Assembly: GCA_040223615.1 (NCBI GenBank)
Contig: JAVKFY010000036.1
Location: 11,596-75,595 of the forward strand
Source of the DNA: Alphaproteobacteria bacterium
Lineage (GTDB): Bacteria; Pseudomonadota; Alphaproteobacteria; GCA-2731375
Direction of reading: 5' to 3'
DNA: 64,000 nucleotides
This document shows, piece by piece, positions 19,626 to 29,738 of the stretch. Made by a program: the position numbers and the translations under genes. The number at the start of each line of letters is the position of its first letter. Position 1 is the first letter of the stretch. The notes under the pieces are model-generated. The model was not told the origin of the DNA, did no database searches, and worked only from the letters and a program-made list of their open reading frames with translations.

Positions 19626-21019
19626 GGCCGTGCCTCCTCCAACTGTGCCGCCAGGCGCAGCAGTATCGCCTCCGCACCATAGCGCGCCGCAAGGTGCGCG
19701 CCGACCGGCAAGCCGTCCGGCGTCCAGTAGAGCGGCACCGACATCGCCGGCTGGCCGGTGATGTTGCAGATCGCAGTGAAGGACGCAAACTTGGCGCCGC
19801 GGCGGGCGCCGGCCATTGGCTGGTCCTTGGTGCCGACCATCTCGCCCAGCAGCAATGGCGGCGCCGTGGTGGTCGGCGTCAGCCACAGATCGCGGTCGAC
19901 GAAGAAGCGGGAAACGTCGCGGGTCATGCGCTGGCAATCCTGTACCGCCAGCAGGTAATCGGCGGCGGAAATGTCCCGGCTGCGGCGATAGATCTCCCAG
20001 GTCAACGGCTCCAGGTTGTCCTCGCTCGGCGTGACGCCGTAGCGGCGGCGCCAGTCGGCGATGGCCCAGCCGAGGAAGCCGAACCAGAGCGTCGTGAAGC
20101 CCTTCTGCTGCACGGTGACGTCGAAGCTCGGCTGCGCCTCCTCGGCGTCATGGCCGAGATCAGCCAGCAGCGTCGCGGCGTCCTCCACGGCGGCCAGCGC
20201 CTGCGGGTCGAGCGTGGCACCGTCCGGGGCGGTACGGCTGAACCCGACGCGCAGGCGGCCGGGCGGCGCGCCGACTTCGTCCAGGAAGGCGCGCTCGGGT
20301 GCCGGCGCCTGATACGGGTCGCCGATGTCGGGGCCGGCCGTGGCGTCGAGCAGCGCGGCGGAATCGCGGACACTGCGGCTGACCACGTGCTCGATGGCGA
20401 TGCCGCCGCCGATATCGCCATAGTGCGGGCCCATCGGCATCCGGCCGCGCGACGGCTTCAGGCCGAACAGGCCGCAGCACGCGGCGGGAATGCGGATCGA
20501 GCCGCCGCCGTCGTTGGCGTGCGCCGCCGGGACGATGCCGGCCGCCACCGCCGCCGCCGAACCGCCGCTGGAGCCGCCCGGCGTGCGGCCCAGGTTCCAG
20601 GGGTTGCGGGTCGGGCCGAACAGCAACGGTTCGGTGGTTGGCACCAGGCCGAATTCCGGCGTGTTGGTCTTGCCGATGATGTTGAGGCCGGCGCGCTTGT
20701 AGCGGGCGGTGAGCTCGCTGTCCTCGGTCGCCGGCGGGCTGTCGGCGAGGAACCGGCTGCCCTCGGCCATTCGGGTGCCCTTCAGTTCGGCCATCAGGTC
20801 CTTCAGCAGAAATGGCACGCCGGCGAAGGGGGCGTCGCGGTCCCCCGTGGCGGCGCTGTCGCGGGCCTGCTCGTAGAGCGGCAGGATGATCGCGTTCAGC
20901 TTCGGGTTGAGCGCCTCGGCACGAGCGATCGCGGCCTCGACCGCCTCGGCCGGTCCGATCTCGCCATCACGGATCGCCGCCGCCTGCGCCAGCACGTCCA
21001 GTTCCCAGATTTCCGCCAT
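19595..21019 (-). CDS. Amidase (amidase signature family)
   Basis: [38 protein letters not shown]. Confidence 0.93.
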   Translation of the reverse strand: MAEIWELDVLAQAAAIRDGEIGPAEAVEAAIARAEALNPKLNAIILPLYEQARDSAATGDRDAPFAGVPFLLKDLMAELKGTRMAEGSRFLADSPPATEDSELTARYKRAGLNIIGKTNTPEFGLVPTTEPLLFGPTRNPWNLGRTPGGSSGGSAAAVAAGIVPAAHANDGGGSIRIPAACCGLFGLKPSRGRMPMGPHYGDIGGGIAIEHVVSRSVRDSAALLDATAGPDIGDPYQAPAPERAFLDEVGAPPGRLRVGFSRTAPDGATLDPQALAAVEDAATLLADLGHDAEEAQPSFDVTVQQKGFTTLWFGFLGWAIADWRRRYGVTPSEDNLEPLTWEIYRRSRDISAADYLLAVQDCQRMTRDVSRFFVDRDLWLTPTTTAPPLLLGEMVGTKDQPMAGARRGAKFASFTAICNITGQPAMSVPLYWTPDGLPVGAHLAARYGAEAILLRLAAQLEEARPWADRRPPLG

Positions 21020-21214
21020 CGCGCCCTTCCGTCGCCGCCTGCATCAGACTCTGCGGCACGACGCGGCCCCTTGTCATCCGGCAGTGGAAGCGAACCTCGA
21101 CCCATAGTGCCCGAGATATGGACGCCTTGTGTCAATGCGGGACGAAATTCGCCGCTCGTGGCAGCGATGTGTCATGGCGTGACGGTTATCGGCCCGAATC
21201 CGCCGATAACCTGT

Positions 21215-21230
21215 TGGCACGAGGCTTGCG
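21215..21230 (+). promoter_or_regulatory. Sigma54 (RpoN) -24/-12 promoter
   Basis: TGGCACG-AGGC-TTGCG, near-perfect match to TGGCACG-N4-TTGCW with GG-N10-GC spacing; preceded by 10-bp inverted repeat GGTTATCGGC-N8-GCCGATAACC (21184-21211). Confidence 0.75.
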
Positions 21231-21240
21231 GTGTAACTCT

Positions 21241-21330
21241 CGAACTCATGAGGATAACGGACCTCCCCCTCGCGTAGAGTTCACCTCTCCGATCGCTGAG
21301 CTCCCCAGTCCCCCGGCTGGGGAGCTTCGC
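21241..21330 (+). ncRNA. Candidate trans-acting small RNA with anti-Shine-Dalgarno motifs
   Basis: Starts at the expected sigma54 TSS. Hairpin GAACUC/GAGUUC with loop AUAACGGACCUCCC, linker ACCUCUCC, then 13-bp hairpin 21298-21327. No credible + strand gene follows. Confidence 0.6.
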
Positions 21331-21354
21331 GTTGTGGCATCCGCGATTCGGCAA

Positions 21355-21383
21355 ACGAAAAAGCGCCGGCCAGAAGCCGGCGC
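21355..21383 (-). terminator. Rho-independent terminator of the small minus-strand gene
   Basis: Minus strand GCGCCGGC-TTCTG-GCCGGCGC followed by TTTTTCGTTT. Confidence 0.75.
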
Positions 21384-21435
21384 CTGGTGGAGACGCGAAT
21401 AGCGAGCCGATCAGCCCCGCCGGAGCGGGGAAATC

Positions 21436-21612
21436 CTAGTGCGCGGTGGCCGGATCGACGCGGGCGGTGTCGTCGTTCGCCGCCTGCGCGCTCAACCGCG
21501 CGATCTCGTCGGCCACGCCATACCAGCAATACTGCTTGGCGACGTGCACGGCGCGCTGGGCGCCAAGGGTCTCGATCAGGTTTCGCGCTAGGTCAAGCTG
21601 GGTCCGTCCCAT
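21436..21612 (-). CDS. Small hypothetical protein (58 aa)
   Basis: TAAGGAG RBS 6 nt before the ATG; MGRTQLDLARNLIETLGAQRAVHVAKQYCWYGVADEIARL...; has its own terminator. Confidence 0.7.
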   Translation of the reverse strand: MGRTQLDLARNLIETLGAQRAVHVAKQYCWYGVADEIARLSAQAANDDTARVDPATAH

Positions 21613-21745
21613 GACCATCTCCTTAGATATTCGCCAACGCCGTTGCCGACGAAGGACTTGGTGGCCTACTCGGACGGAACAACGCAAAAGCCGGGCCAAC
21701 TGTGGCGACGGCGGACGCGGTGCATACGGCAAAAACGGTTAACGA

Positions 21746-22867
21746 TCAATGATCTCTTGCGGTTCCACGCGCCGGATAACGCGCGTGGAAGGCATCGACG
21801 AAGGCGTCGAGCCGGGCCTCGGCGATCGCCTGTCGCAGCGCCGCCATCAGGTCCTGGTAGAAGGTCAGGTTGTGCCAGGTCAGCAGCATCGCGCCGAGGA
21901 TCTCGCCGGTCTTGGTCAGGTGGTTGAGATAGGCGCGGCTGAATTGCCGGCAGGCGGGACAGCGGCAGTCGGGATCGATCGGATCGATGTCCTCGGCGTG
22001 GCGGGCGTTGCGCAGGTTGAGCGGACCGTCCCAGGTGAAGGCCTGGGCGTTGCGGCCGGATCGGGTCGGCAGCACGCAATCGAACATGTCGATGCCGCGC
22101 CGCACAGCACCGACGATGTCGTCCGGCTTGCCGACGCCCATCAGGTAGCGCGGCGCGGCGGCCGTCAGGATCGGCTCGGTGGCCTCGATCATGGCGAACA
22201 TCTCGTCCTGCGGTTCGCCCACCGCCAGGCCGCCGACGGCGTAGCCGTCGAAGCCGATCTCGACCAGCGCGGCGGCGGAATCGCGCCGCAGGTCGGCGTA
22301 GGTGCTGCCCTGGACGATACCGAACAACTTGTGGCCGTCACGCACCTCGAAGGCCTGCTTGCTGCGCCCGGCCCAGTCCATCGACAGCCGCAGCGACGCC
22401 ACCGCCTCGTCGTGGGTCGCTGGATGCGGGGTGCACTCGTCCAGCACCATGGTGATGTCGGCGCCGAGGAGCCGCTGGATCTCGATCGAGCGGGCCGGCG
22501 TCAAGCGATGCTCGCTACCGTCGATGTGCGACTTGAAGGTAACGCCGTCGGCATCGATCTGTCGCCGGCCGGCCAGCGACATGACCTGAAAGCCACCGCT
22601 GTCGGTCAGGATCGGACGGTCCCAGTCCATGAACCTGTGCAGACCGCCGAGCGCGGCGATGCGCTCCGCGCTGGGACGCAGCATCAGGTGATAGGTGTTG
22701 CCGAGCAGGATGTCGGCGCCGGTCTCGCGCACCGATTGCGGCATCATCGCCTTCACCGTCGCGGCGGTCCCCACCGGCATGAAGGCGGGCGTGCGCACCA
22801 CGCCATGCGCCAGTTCCAGTGTCCCGGTGCGGGCGCGGCCGTCGGTGGCGTGGACCTCGAAGGTCAT
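21746..22867 (-). CDS. tgt: tRNA-guanine transglycosylase
   Basis: [34 protein letters not shown] zinc site. Confidence 0.97.
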   Translation of the reverse strand: MTFEVHATDGRARTGTLELAHGVVRTPAFMPVGTAATVKAMMPQSVRETGADILLGNTYHLMLRPSAERIAALGGLHRFMDWDRPILTDSGGFQVMSLAGRRQIDADGVTFKSHIDGSEHRLTPARSIEIQRLLGADITMVLDECTPHPATHDEAVASLRLSMDWAGRSKQAFEVRDGHKLFGIVQGSTYADLRRDSAAALVEIGFDGYAVGGLAVGEPQDEMFAMIEATEPILTAAAPRYLMGVGKPDDIVGAVRRGIDMFDCVLPTRSGRNAQAFTWDGPLNLRNARHAEDIDPIDPDCRCPACRQFSRAYLNHLTKTGEILGAMLLTWHNLTFYQDLMAALRQAIAEARLDAFVDAFHARYPARGTARDH

Positions 22868-23892
22868 GCGTCGATCCGATGCAACAGGGTCGCGTCGCCG
22901 AAGGAGTAGAAGCGATAGCTTTGCTCGATGGCATGGGCGTAGGCGGCGTGCATCCGCTCCAACCCAGCAAAGGCCGCGACCAGCATGAACAGCGTCGAAC
23001 GCGGCAGGTGGAAGTTGGTCAGCAGCAGGTCGACCACCTGGAAATCAAACCCCGGCGTGATGAACAGCGCGGTGTCGCCGGCGAAGGGCTTCAGCGCGCC
23101 ATCGGCCGCCGCGCTCTCCAGCGTGCGCAGCGCCGTGGTGCCGACCGCGACGATGCGGCCGCCGGCGGTGCGCGCCGCGTCGATGGCGTCGACGGCGGCG
23201 GCGTCGATCTGGGCGTACTCGGTGTGCATCTCGTGGTCGTCGGTATCCTCGACGCTGACCGGCAGGAAGGTACCGGCGCCGACATGCAGCGTGACGTTCA
23301 CACGCCGCACGCCCCTGGCCTCCAGCGTTGTCAGCAAGTCCGGCGTGAAATGCAGCCCGGCGGTCGGCGCCGCGACCGCGCCCTCGTGCGCCGCGAACAC
23401 GGTCTGGTAGTCGTTCGCGTCCGTGGCGTCGACGTCGCGCTGCTTGCGGATGTAGGGCGGCAGCGGCATCCGGCCGACGCGTTCCAGCGCCGCAAACAGC
23501 GCGGCATCGTCGCAGGCGAAGTCGAAGACCACCTCTGGGCCATCGCGCGCCTCGACCGTGGCCGCCAGCCCACCGAAGTCGACCGCATCGCCGGCCCTCA
23601 GCCGCTTGGCCGGCCGCGCGAGGGCGGCCCAGCGTCCCGCGCCGAGACGGCGATGCAGGGTCGCCTCGACCCGCGCCTCGCCGCGCCGGCCGAACAGCAG
23701 CGCCGGGATCACCTTGGTGTCGTTGGTGACCAGCAGGTCGCCGGGACGCAGCAGGTCCGGCAGATCGGCGACATGGCGGTCGCCAAGCCGGCCGGGCTCG
23801 ACCACCAGCAGCCGCGCCGCCTCGCGCGGCTCGGCCGGACGCGCGGCGATCAGCCGGTCAGGTAGCTCGAAATCGAAGGCGTCGACCCGCAA
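22864..23892 (-). CDS. queA: S-adenosylmethionine:tRNA ribosyltransferase-isomerase
   Basis: [42 protein letters not shown]. Confidence 0.97.
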   Translation of the reverse strand: MRVDAFDFELPDRLIAARPAEPREAARLLVVEPGRLGDRHVADLPDLLRPGDLLVTNDTKVIPALLFGRRGEARVEATLHRRLGAGRWAALARPAKRLRAGDAVDFGGLAATVEARDGPEVVFDFACDDAALFAALERVGRMPLPPYIRKQRDVDATDANDYQTVFAAHEGAVAAPTAGLHFTPDLLTTLEARGVRRVNVTLHVGAGTFLPVSVEDTDDHEMHTEYAQIDAAAVDAIDAARTAGGRIVAVGTTALRTLESAAADGALKPFAGDTALFITPGFDFQVVDLLLTNFHLPRSTLFMLVAAFAGLERMHAAYAHAIEQSYRFYSFGDATLLHRIDA

Positions 23893-23898
23893 GGGCCG

Positions 23899-24438
23899 CT
23901 ATTGCGCGTCGGCCGCCACCTGCATCTTCACGATCTGGTCGGGATCGCTGACGATGCCGTTGCCGCCGGCGCCTTTCTTGATCGCGTCGACATGGTCCAT
24001 GCCCTCGATCACCTGGCCCCAGACGGTGTACTGGCCGTCCAGGTGCGACGCCGGCGCGAAGACAATGAAGAACTGGCTGTCGCCGCTGTCCGGGCTCTGC
24101 GCGCGGGCCATCGAGACGGTGCCGCGAACATGCTTGGCCTGCGAGAACTCGGCCTTCAGCTTCTGGCCGGATCCGCCGGAGCCGGTGCCGGTCGGATCGC
24201 CGGTCTGGGCCATGAAGCCATCGATCACGCGGTGGAACACGACGCCGTCGTAGAAGCCCTGACGCGTCAGCTCCTTGATCCGGGCCACGTGGTTCGGCGC
24301 CAGGTCGGGGCGCAGTTCGATCACCACGCGACCACCCTCAAGGTCGAGATAAAGTTGGTTTTCCAAGTCAGCCGCCTTCGCTTGCGTCGTCATCATCACG
24401 ACGCCGAACAGCGCCGCTACCCAAAACTTCCAGGACAT
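23899..24438 (-). CDS. Cyclophilin-type peptidyl-prolyl isomerase, exported
   Basis: Signal peptide; FHRVIDGFMAQTGDPTG, SMARA, DSQFFI. Confidence 0.93.
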   Translation of the reverse strand: MSWKFWVAALFGVVMMTTQAKAADLENQLYLDLEGGRVVIELRPDLAPNHVARIKELTRQGFYDGVVFHRVIDGFMAQTGDPTGTGSGGSGQKLKAEFSQAKHVRGTVSMARAQSPDSGDSQFFIVFAPASHLDGQYTVWGQVIEGMDHVDAIKKGAGGNGIVSDPDQIVKMQVAADAQ

Positions 24439-24464
24439 GGTTGTCGAAACTCTCCGCTTGCAGG

Positions 24465-24992
24465 CTACTCCACCACCGCTTTCAGCGGCTGGCGGTCGAA
24501 GCGCGAATATAGTCGTTCGGCCACGCGCGGCGAGACGAACTCGTTCACGTCGCCGCCGAGCCGGGCGATCTCCTTGACCAGCTTGGAGGCAATGAACTGG
24601 TACTTGTCGGTGGCCATCAGGAACACGGTCTCGATGTGCGGGTTCAGGCGGTCGTTCATGCCGACCATCTGGAACTCGTACTCGAAATCGGAAATCGCGC
24701 GCAGGCCGCGCACGATGATGTTGGCCTCGATCTCCATGGCGAAATGCATCAGCAGATTGTCGAACGGCTGCACGATGATCTCGCAGCCGTTCAGGCTGTC
24801 GACCGCGTCGGCGAGCTCGTCGCGCACCAGCTCGACCCGCTCGTCGAGCGAGAACAGCGGTCCCTTGTCGCGGTTGATCGCGACGCCGACCACCAGCCGG
24901 TCGACCAGCTTGGTGGCGCGGGTGATGATGTCGAGATGTCCATCGGTCACCGGATCGAAGGTGCCGGGGTAGAGACCGGTCCGCGTTACCAC
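24465..24992 (-). CDS. coaD: Phosphopantetheine adenylyltransferase
   Basis: YPGTFDPVTDGH, RGLRAISDFEYE. Confidence 0.96.
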   Translation of the reverse strand: MVTRTGLYPGTFDPVTDGHLDIITRATKLVDRLVVGVAINRDKGPLFSLDERVELVRDELADAVDSLNGCEIIVQPFDNLLMHFAMEIEANIIVRGLRAISDFEYEFQMVGMNDRLNPHIETVFLMATDKYQFIASKLVKEIARLGGDVNEFVSPRVAERLYSRFDRQPLKAVVE

Positions 24993-24996
24993 GTGG

Positions 24997-27696
24997 TTAC
25001 TCCTCGCTGCCTTCGCTCTCGGCGTCGTCGCCGTCTTCCTCGCCAGGATCGTTCAGCCGGGCTGCCGACACTACCCGCTCCTGGCCGTCGGCGTCGATCG
25101 AGAACAGGGTCACGCCCTGGGTGTTGCGCCCGGCGATACGGATGTCGCCGACGGGGCAGCGGATCAGCCGACCGTGGTCGGTCACCAGCATGATCTGGTC
25201 GGCATCCTCCACCGGGAAGGCGGCGACCACCTGGCCGTTGCGCTTCGAGGTCTCGATGTTGATCAGGCCGCTGCCGCCGCGCCCGGTGACGCGGTATTCG
25301 TAGGCCGAGGTCCGCTTGCCATAGCCGTTCTCGGTGACCGACAGCACGAACTGCTCGGCCTCGGCAAGCATGTCGGCGTCGGCCGGCTTCGGCGGCATCT
25401 CGCCCTCGGCGCCTTCGCGGCGTTGCGCCGTGGCCCAGCGCAGGTAGGCGTCGCGCTGGTTCACCTCCAGCTCGTGGTGGCGCACGATCGACATCGAGAT
25501 CACCCGGTCACCGCGGCCCAGCGACATGCCGCGCACGCCGACCGAGTCGCGGCCCTTGAACAGGCGCACGTCGATCGCCGGGAACCGGATGCACTTGCCG
25601 GCTTGCGCGGCCAGCAGCACGTCGTCGGTCTCGGTGCAGGTCTCGACGCCGACGATCAGGTCGTCGTCGGGCAGCTTCATGGCGATCTTGCCGTTCGACG
25701 GCACGTTGACGAAGTCGGCCAGCGAGTTGCGGCGCACGTTGCCGCTGGCGGTGGCGAACATGATCGACCATTCCGCGGCCGCTGCCTCGTCCTCCGGGAA
25801 CGGCATCACCGCGTTGATCACCTCGCCGTCCTGCAGCGGCAGCAGGTTGACCATCGCCTTGCCGCGGGCCTGCGGCGTGCCGACCGGCAGGCGGTAGACC
25901 TTCAGCCGGTAGACCCGGCCGAGCGAGGAGAAAAACAGCACCGGCGTGTGGGTCGAACAGACGAAGACCCGGGAAACGAAATCCTCGTCGCGCGTCGCCA
26001 TGGCGGCGCGCCCGCGCCCGCCGCGTCGTTGCAGGCGGTAGGCCGTCAGCGGCACGCGCTTGATGTAGCCGCCGTGGGTGACGGTGACGACCATCTCCTC
26101 GCGCTGGATCAGGTCCTCGTCGTCCTGCTCGAACTCGACGTCGGAAATCTCGGTGCGGCGCGGCGTGGCGAACTTCTCGCGCGCCTCGACCAGCTCGTCG
26201 CGGATCACGCTGACCAGGCGCTCGCGCACCTGAAGAATGTCCAGGTAGTCGCGAATTTTTACGGCGATGTCACCCATCTCGGCGGCGATCTCGTCGCGGC
26301 CCAGCGCGGTCAGGCGCTGCAGGCGCAGCTCCAGGATGGCGCGTGCCTGAGTTTCCGACAGGCGGTAGCGGCCGTCGATCACCTTGTGCGCCGGATCGTC
26401 GATCAGCTCGATCACCGAGGCCACGTCGGCCGCTGGCCAGTCGCGCCCCATCAACGCCTCGCGCGCCGCGGCGGCGTCCGGCGCGGCGCGGATCAGGCGG
26501 ATCACCTCGTCGATATTGGCCACCGCGATGACCAGGCCGGCCAACGCGTGGGCACGCTCGCGCGCCTTGGCCAGCAGACGCCGGGTGCGCCGGGTCACCA
26601 CCTCCTCGCGGAACTCCACGAAGGCGGCGATCAGCTGGCGCAGGTTCATCACCTCCGGCTTGCCGCCGTTCAGCGCCACCATGTTGACGCCGAAGGAGGT
26701 CTGTAGCGGGGTGAAGCGGTAGAGCTGGTTCAGCACCACGTCGGACATCGCGTCGCGGCGCAGTTCGATGACCACCCGCACACCGTTGCGATCGCTCTCG
26801 TCGCGCAGGTCGGAGATGCCCTCGATGCGCTTGGCGCGCACCGCTTCGGCGATCTTCTCGACCATGCCGGCCTTGTTCACCTGGTAAGGGACCTCGGTGA
26901 CGATGATCGCCTCGCGGTCGCGCCGGATGGTCTCCACGTGCGCCTTGCCGCGCACCATGATCGAGCCGCGCCCGGTATGGTAGCCGGAACGGATGCCGGC
27001 GCGGCCGAGGATGTTGGCGCCGGTCGGGTAGTCCGGGCCGTGCACGTACTGCTTCAGGTCGTGCAGTTCGATGGCCGGGTTTTCCAGTTAGGCCAGGCAG
27101 GCGTCGACCACCTCGCCCAGATTGTGCGGCGGCACGTTGGTGGCCATGCCGACGGCGATGCCGCCCGAGCCGTTGACCAGCAGGTTCGGAAACTGCGCCG
27201 GCAGCACCACCGGCTCCTTCTCCGAGCCGTCGTAATTCTCGCGGAAGTCCACGGTGTCGCTGTCGATGTCGGCCAGTAGCGCCTCGGCCGCCTTCGCCAG
27301 CCGCACTTCGGTGTAGCGCTGGGCCGCCGGCGGGTCGCCGTCCATCGAACCGAAATTGCCCTGCCCGTCGACCAGCGGCAGACGCATGGAGAAATCCTGC
27401 GCCATGCGCACCATGGCATCGTAGATCGCCTGGTCGCCGTGCGGGTGATACTTGCCCATCACGTCGCCGACGATGCGGGCCGACTTGCGGTACGGCCGGT
27501 CCGAGGAATACCCGGACTCGTTCATCGCGTGCAGGATGCGCCGGTGCACCGGCTTCAGCCCGTCGCGGGCATCGGGCAGCGCCCGCGACACGATCACGCT
27601 CATCGCGTAATCGAGGTAGGAGCGCTTCATCTCCTCTTCGATGGCGATCGGCGTGATGTCGCGGCCCGGCGGCGGGCTGGTGGTCTCGTCGCTCAA
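24997..27696 (-). CDS. gyrA: DNA gyrase subunit A, interrupted in this sequence by an in-frame TAA at 27088-27090
   Basis: [27 protein letters not shown] active-site Tyr, GyrA box QRRGGRG. The two track ORFs (27088..27735 and 24997..27045) are in the same frame and join to a 2700-nt frame from TTG 27696. Confidence 0.93.
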
Positions 27697-28019
27697 TTGA
27701 TCGTCCCGTTCAGCGGCCGCGCACAGGGCGGCCATTCAGGGCTCCGGAAGCGCCTTCCGGCAGGCCTCTCGCCCGCCTCGCAAAGGCCCGAGAGACTACC
27801 ATTATGTTGCAGGTGCGAGCAACCGACGCGAGCCCCCATTGCGATGCAATGCGGGCATGTTTACCGTTGCTCTATTATTCGATGCTACAAATGACCGCCT
27901 AGTCACGCCAAGGCTTTGTTCGGCACCGCCTGGATGCGAACCTCGAAGATCGGTCCCGCCAGTGCGCATCTTGCGCCGCCACGGCAATCCCGTTGCATTT
28001 CTCGTTCGAATTGTCGCCC

Positions 28020-29639
28020 ATGACAGCCTCGGCCAAAGCGCATGGCGACCGAGCGGACAGCGGCGACGGCGTCCGGCTGACCCGCGCGGACGTCGGCTTC
28101 GTTGTCGTGCTGCTGGTCATTGTCGGGGTCGTGCGCCTTTACGGCATGACTGCACAGAGCCTGTGGATCGACGAGATCAACATCGTCCGATTCGCCCGCT
28201 ACGACACCTTCGCCGAGTTTTTCGCGGCCCTGCCCCGAGAGCCGCACCCGCCGCTCTACCTGCTGATAATGCGCTACTGGACCGCCGTGTTCGGGTATTC
28301 GGCGGAAGCGCTGCGCAGCTTCTCGGTGCTGGTGTCGATCCTGACACCTGCGACATTCTACCTTTTGCTGCGCTCGCGGACAGGCCGGGCCACGGCGGCC
28401 ATCGCTGCCGTCCTGATCGGCTTTGCCGCGATTTCTCACTTCCAGGCGCACAACGCACGGCCCTATGCCCTGATCTTCTGGCTCGGCGCGCTGGCGCTGC
28501 CCTTCTTCCTCGACACCTGCGCGGCAATCGGCGGCGAAAGGGCGCACCGTACGTGGACGCTGGTCGCCCTGGTCACGCTCAATCTCCTGATCGGCCTGAC
28601 CCACTATTCCGGCATCGTGTTCGTCGCCGCCCAGGGGCTGGTGCTGTTCATACAGTTCTGCCGCAATCCCGAACGCCAGTGGTTCCGGGACGTGGTCTGG
28701 CTCGCCGTACTCGGCGCCAGTGCCCTGCCGGCGTTCCTGTGGCTGGCGTGGACCTATGGGGAACTGGCCACGTTGGTCGCAGGGAAGTCGATGGGCCTGA
28801 CCTGGCAGGACTACGCCTCGCCGATCCGCTCGGTTCTCGGCTTTCCCGGCTACGTGCCGCTGCTGTTTCTGCCCTTTGCGCTGGGCTGGACGCAGTTGCG
28901 GGCGACGTTCGCCGAGTTGTGGCAGGTGATCACCGGCGACCGGCTCTTCCTTCTCGCCGCCGGCGTCGGGGTTCTGCACCTGGTGATGGTCGAACTGACC
29001 AGCCTGGCGCAGCCCTCGTTCATGCAGAACAAGATGATCTATGTGGTTTTCCCGGCATTCTATGTCGGTCTCGCGCGCTACCTCCTGGGCGTGCGGCAGG
29101 CCGGGTCGACCTACCGCCCGGTGGTCTACCTGCTGGCCGCCACCGGCCTCGCGACCTATCTGGTGACCGGATATCCGCAAGGCAGCCAGGGATATACGTC
29201 GCCATGGCAGGAGCAGGAGCGTGAAGGCGCCCGGCATGTCGCCGAAGTGGCGCGCCCTGGCGACCTTGTCCTGCTGGGCAGCGTCAGCATGAACGGCACC
29301 TGGGTACAGCCTAGCCAACAGTTCTTCGAGGCCATCGAGCCGGACCTGTCGCTACCCGAAGGTGCGAAGGCCGGCGTATTTCCACCGATACGCGACTACG
29401 CGACTCGGCAGGACGAACTCGATGCCATGCGTCTCAGCGTACTGAACGGGGCTCTGGCGAGAATCGGCAAGGATGCCAACCGATTGATCATCGACTTGCC
29501 GCACCGCGACGAATTAAGCGTGACAGAGTTCGATGCGATCGAACAGGCTGGGTTCTGCGTCCAGGTGACCAACTTCATCCAGCACCGCGTCGTGATCGTG
29601 GATCCCGATGTCTCGGCATGTTTGAGGCCGCAGCACTGA
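28020..29639 (+). CDS. GT-C fold membrane glycosyltransferase (PMT/ArnT-like)
   Basis: SLWIDE, HPPLY, LRSFS, ARPYAL, THY motifs; many TM helices. Confidence 0.8.
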   Translation: MTASAKAHGDRADSGDGVRLTRADVGFVVVLLVIVGVVRLYGMTAQSLWIDEINIVRFARYDTFAEFFAALPREPHPPLYLLIMRYWTAVFGYSAEALRSFSVLVSILTPATFYLLLRSRTGRATAAIAAVLIGFAAISHFQAHNARPYALIFWLGALALPFFLDTCAAIGGERAHRTWTLVALVTLNLLIGLTHYSGIVFVAAQGLVLFIQFCRNPERQWFRDVVWLAVLGASALPAFLWLAWTYGELATLVAGKSMGLTWQDYASPIRSVLGFPGYVPLLFLPFALGWTQLRATFAELWQVITGDRLFLLAAGVGVLHLVMVELTSLAQPSFMQNKMIYVVFPAFYVGLARYLLGVRQAGSTYRPVVYLLAATGLATYLVTGYPQGSQGYTSPWQEQEREGARHVAEVARPGDLVLLGSVSMNGTWVQPSQQFFEAIEPDLSLPEGAKAGVFPPIRDYATRQDELDAMRLSVLNGALARIGKDANRLIIDLPHRDELSVTEFDAIEQAGFCVQVTNFIQHRVVIVDPDVSACLRPQH

Positions 29640-29738
29640 ACCGCTGCCATCGGCCGTTCGCCTGAAGGCCCTACCGTGATGTACCGACTGGAGGAGTTGT
29701 GTGACGATGGCAGCGATGATCGGCGGGACGTGCCCAAA

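Noticed and set aside
21248-21277. 9-codon ORF MRITDLPLA inside the candidate sRNA
   Set aside because: No RBS and only about 7 nt from the predicted TSS; the RNA structure explains the sequence better. A dual function cannot be excluded.
27088-27090. Programmed recoding (Sec or Pyl) of the gyrA stop
   Set aside because: The codon is TAA, which is not used for Sec or Pyl, and TAA terminates other genes here (e.g. uvrA, clpA).
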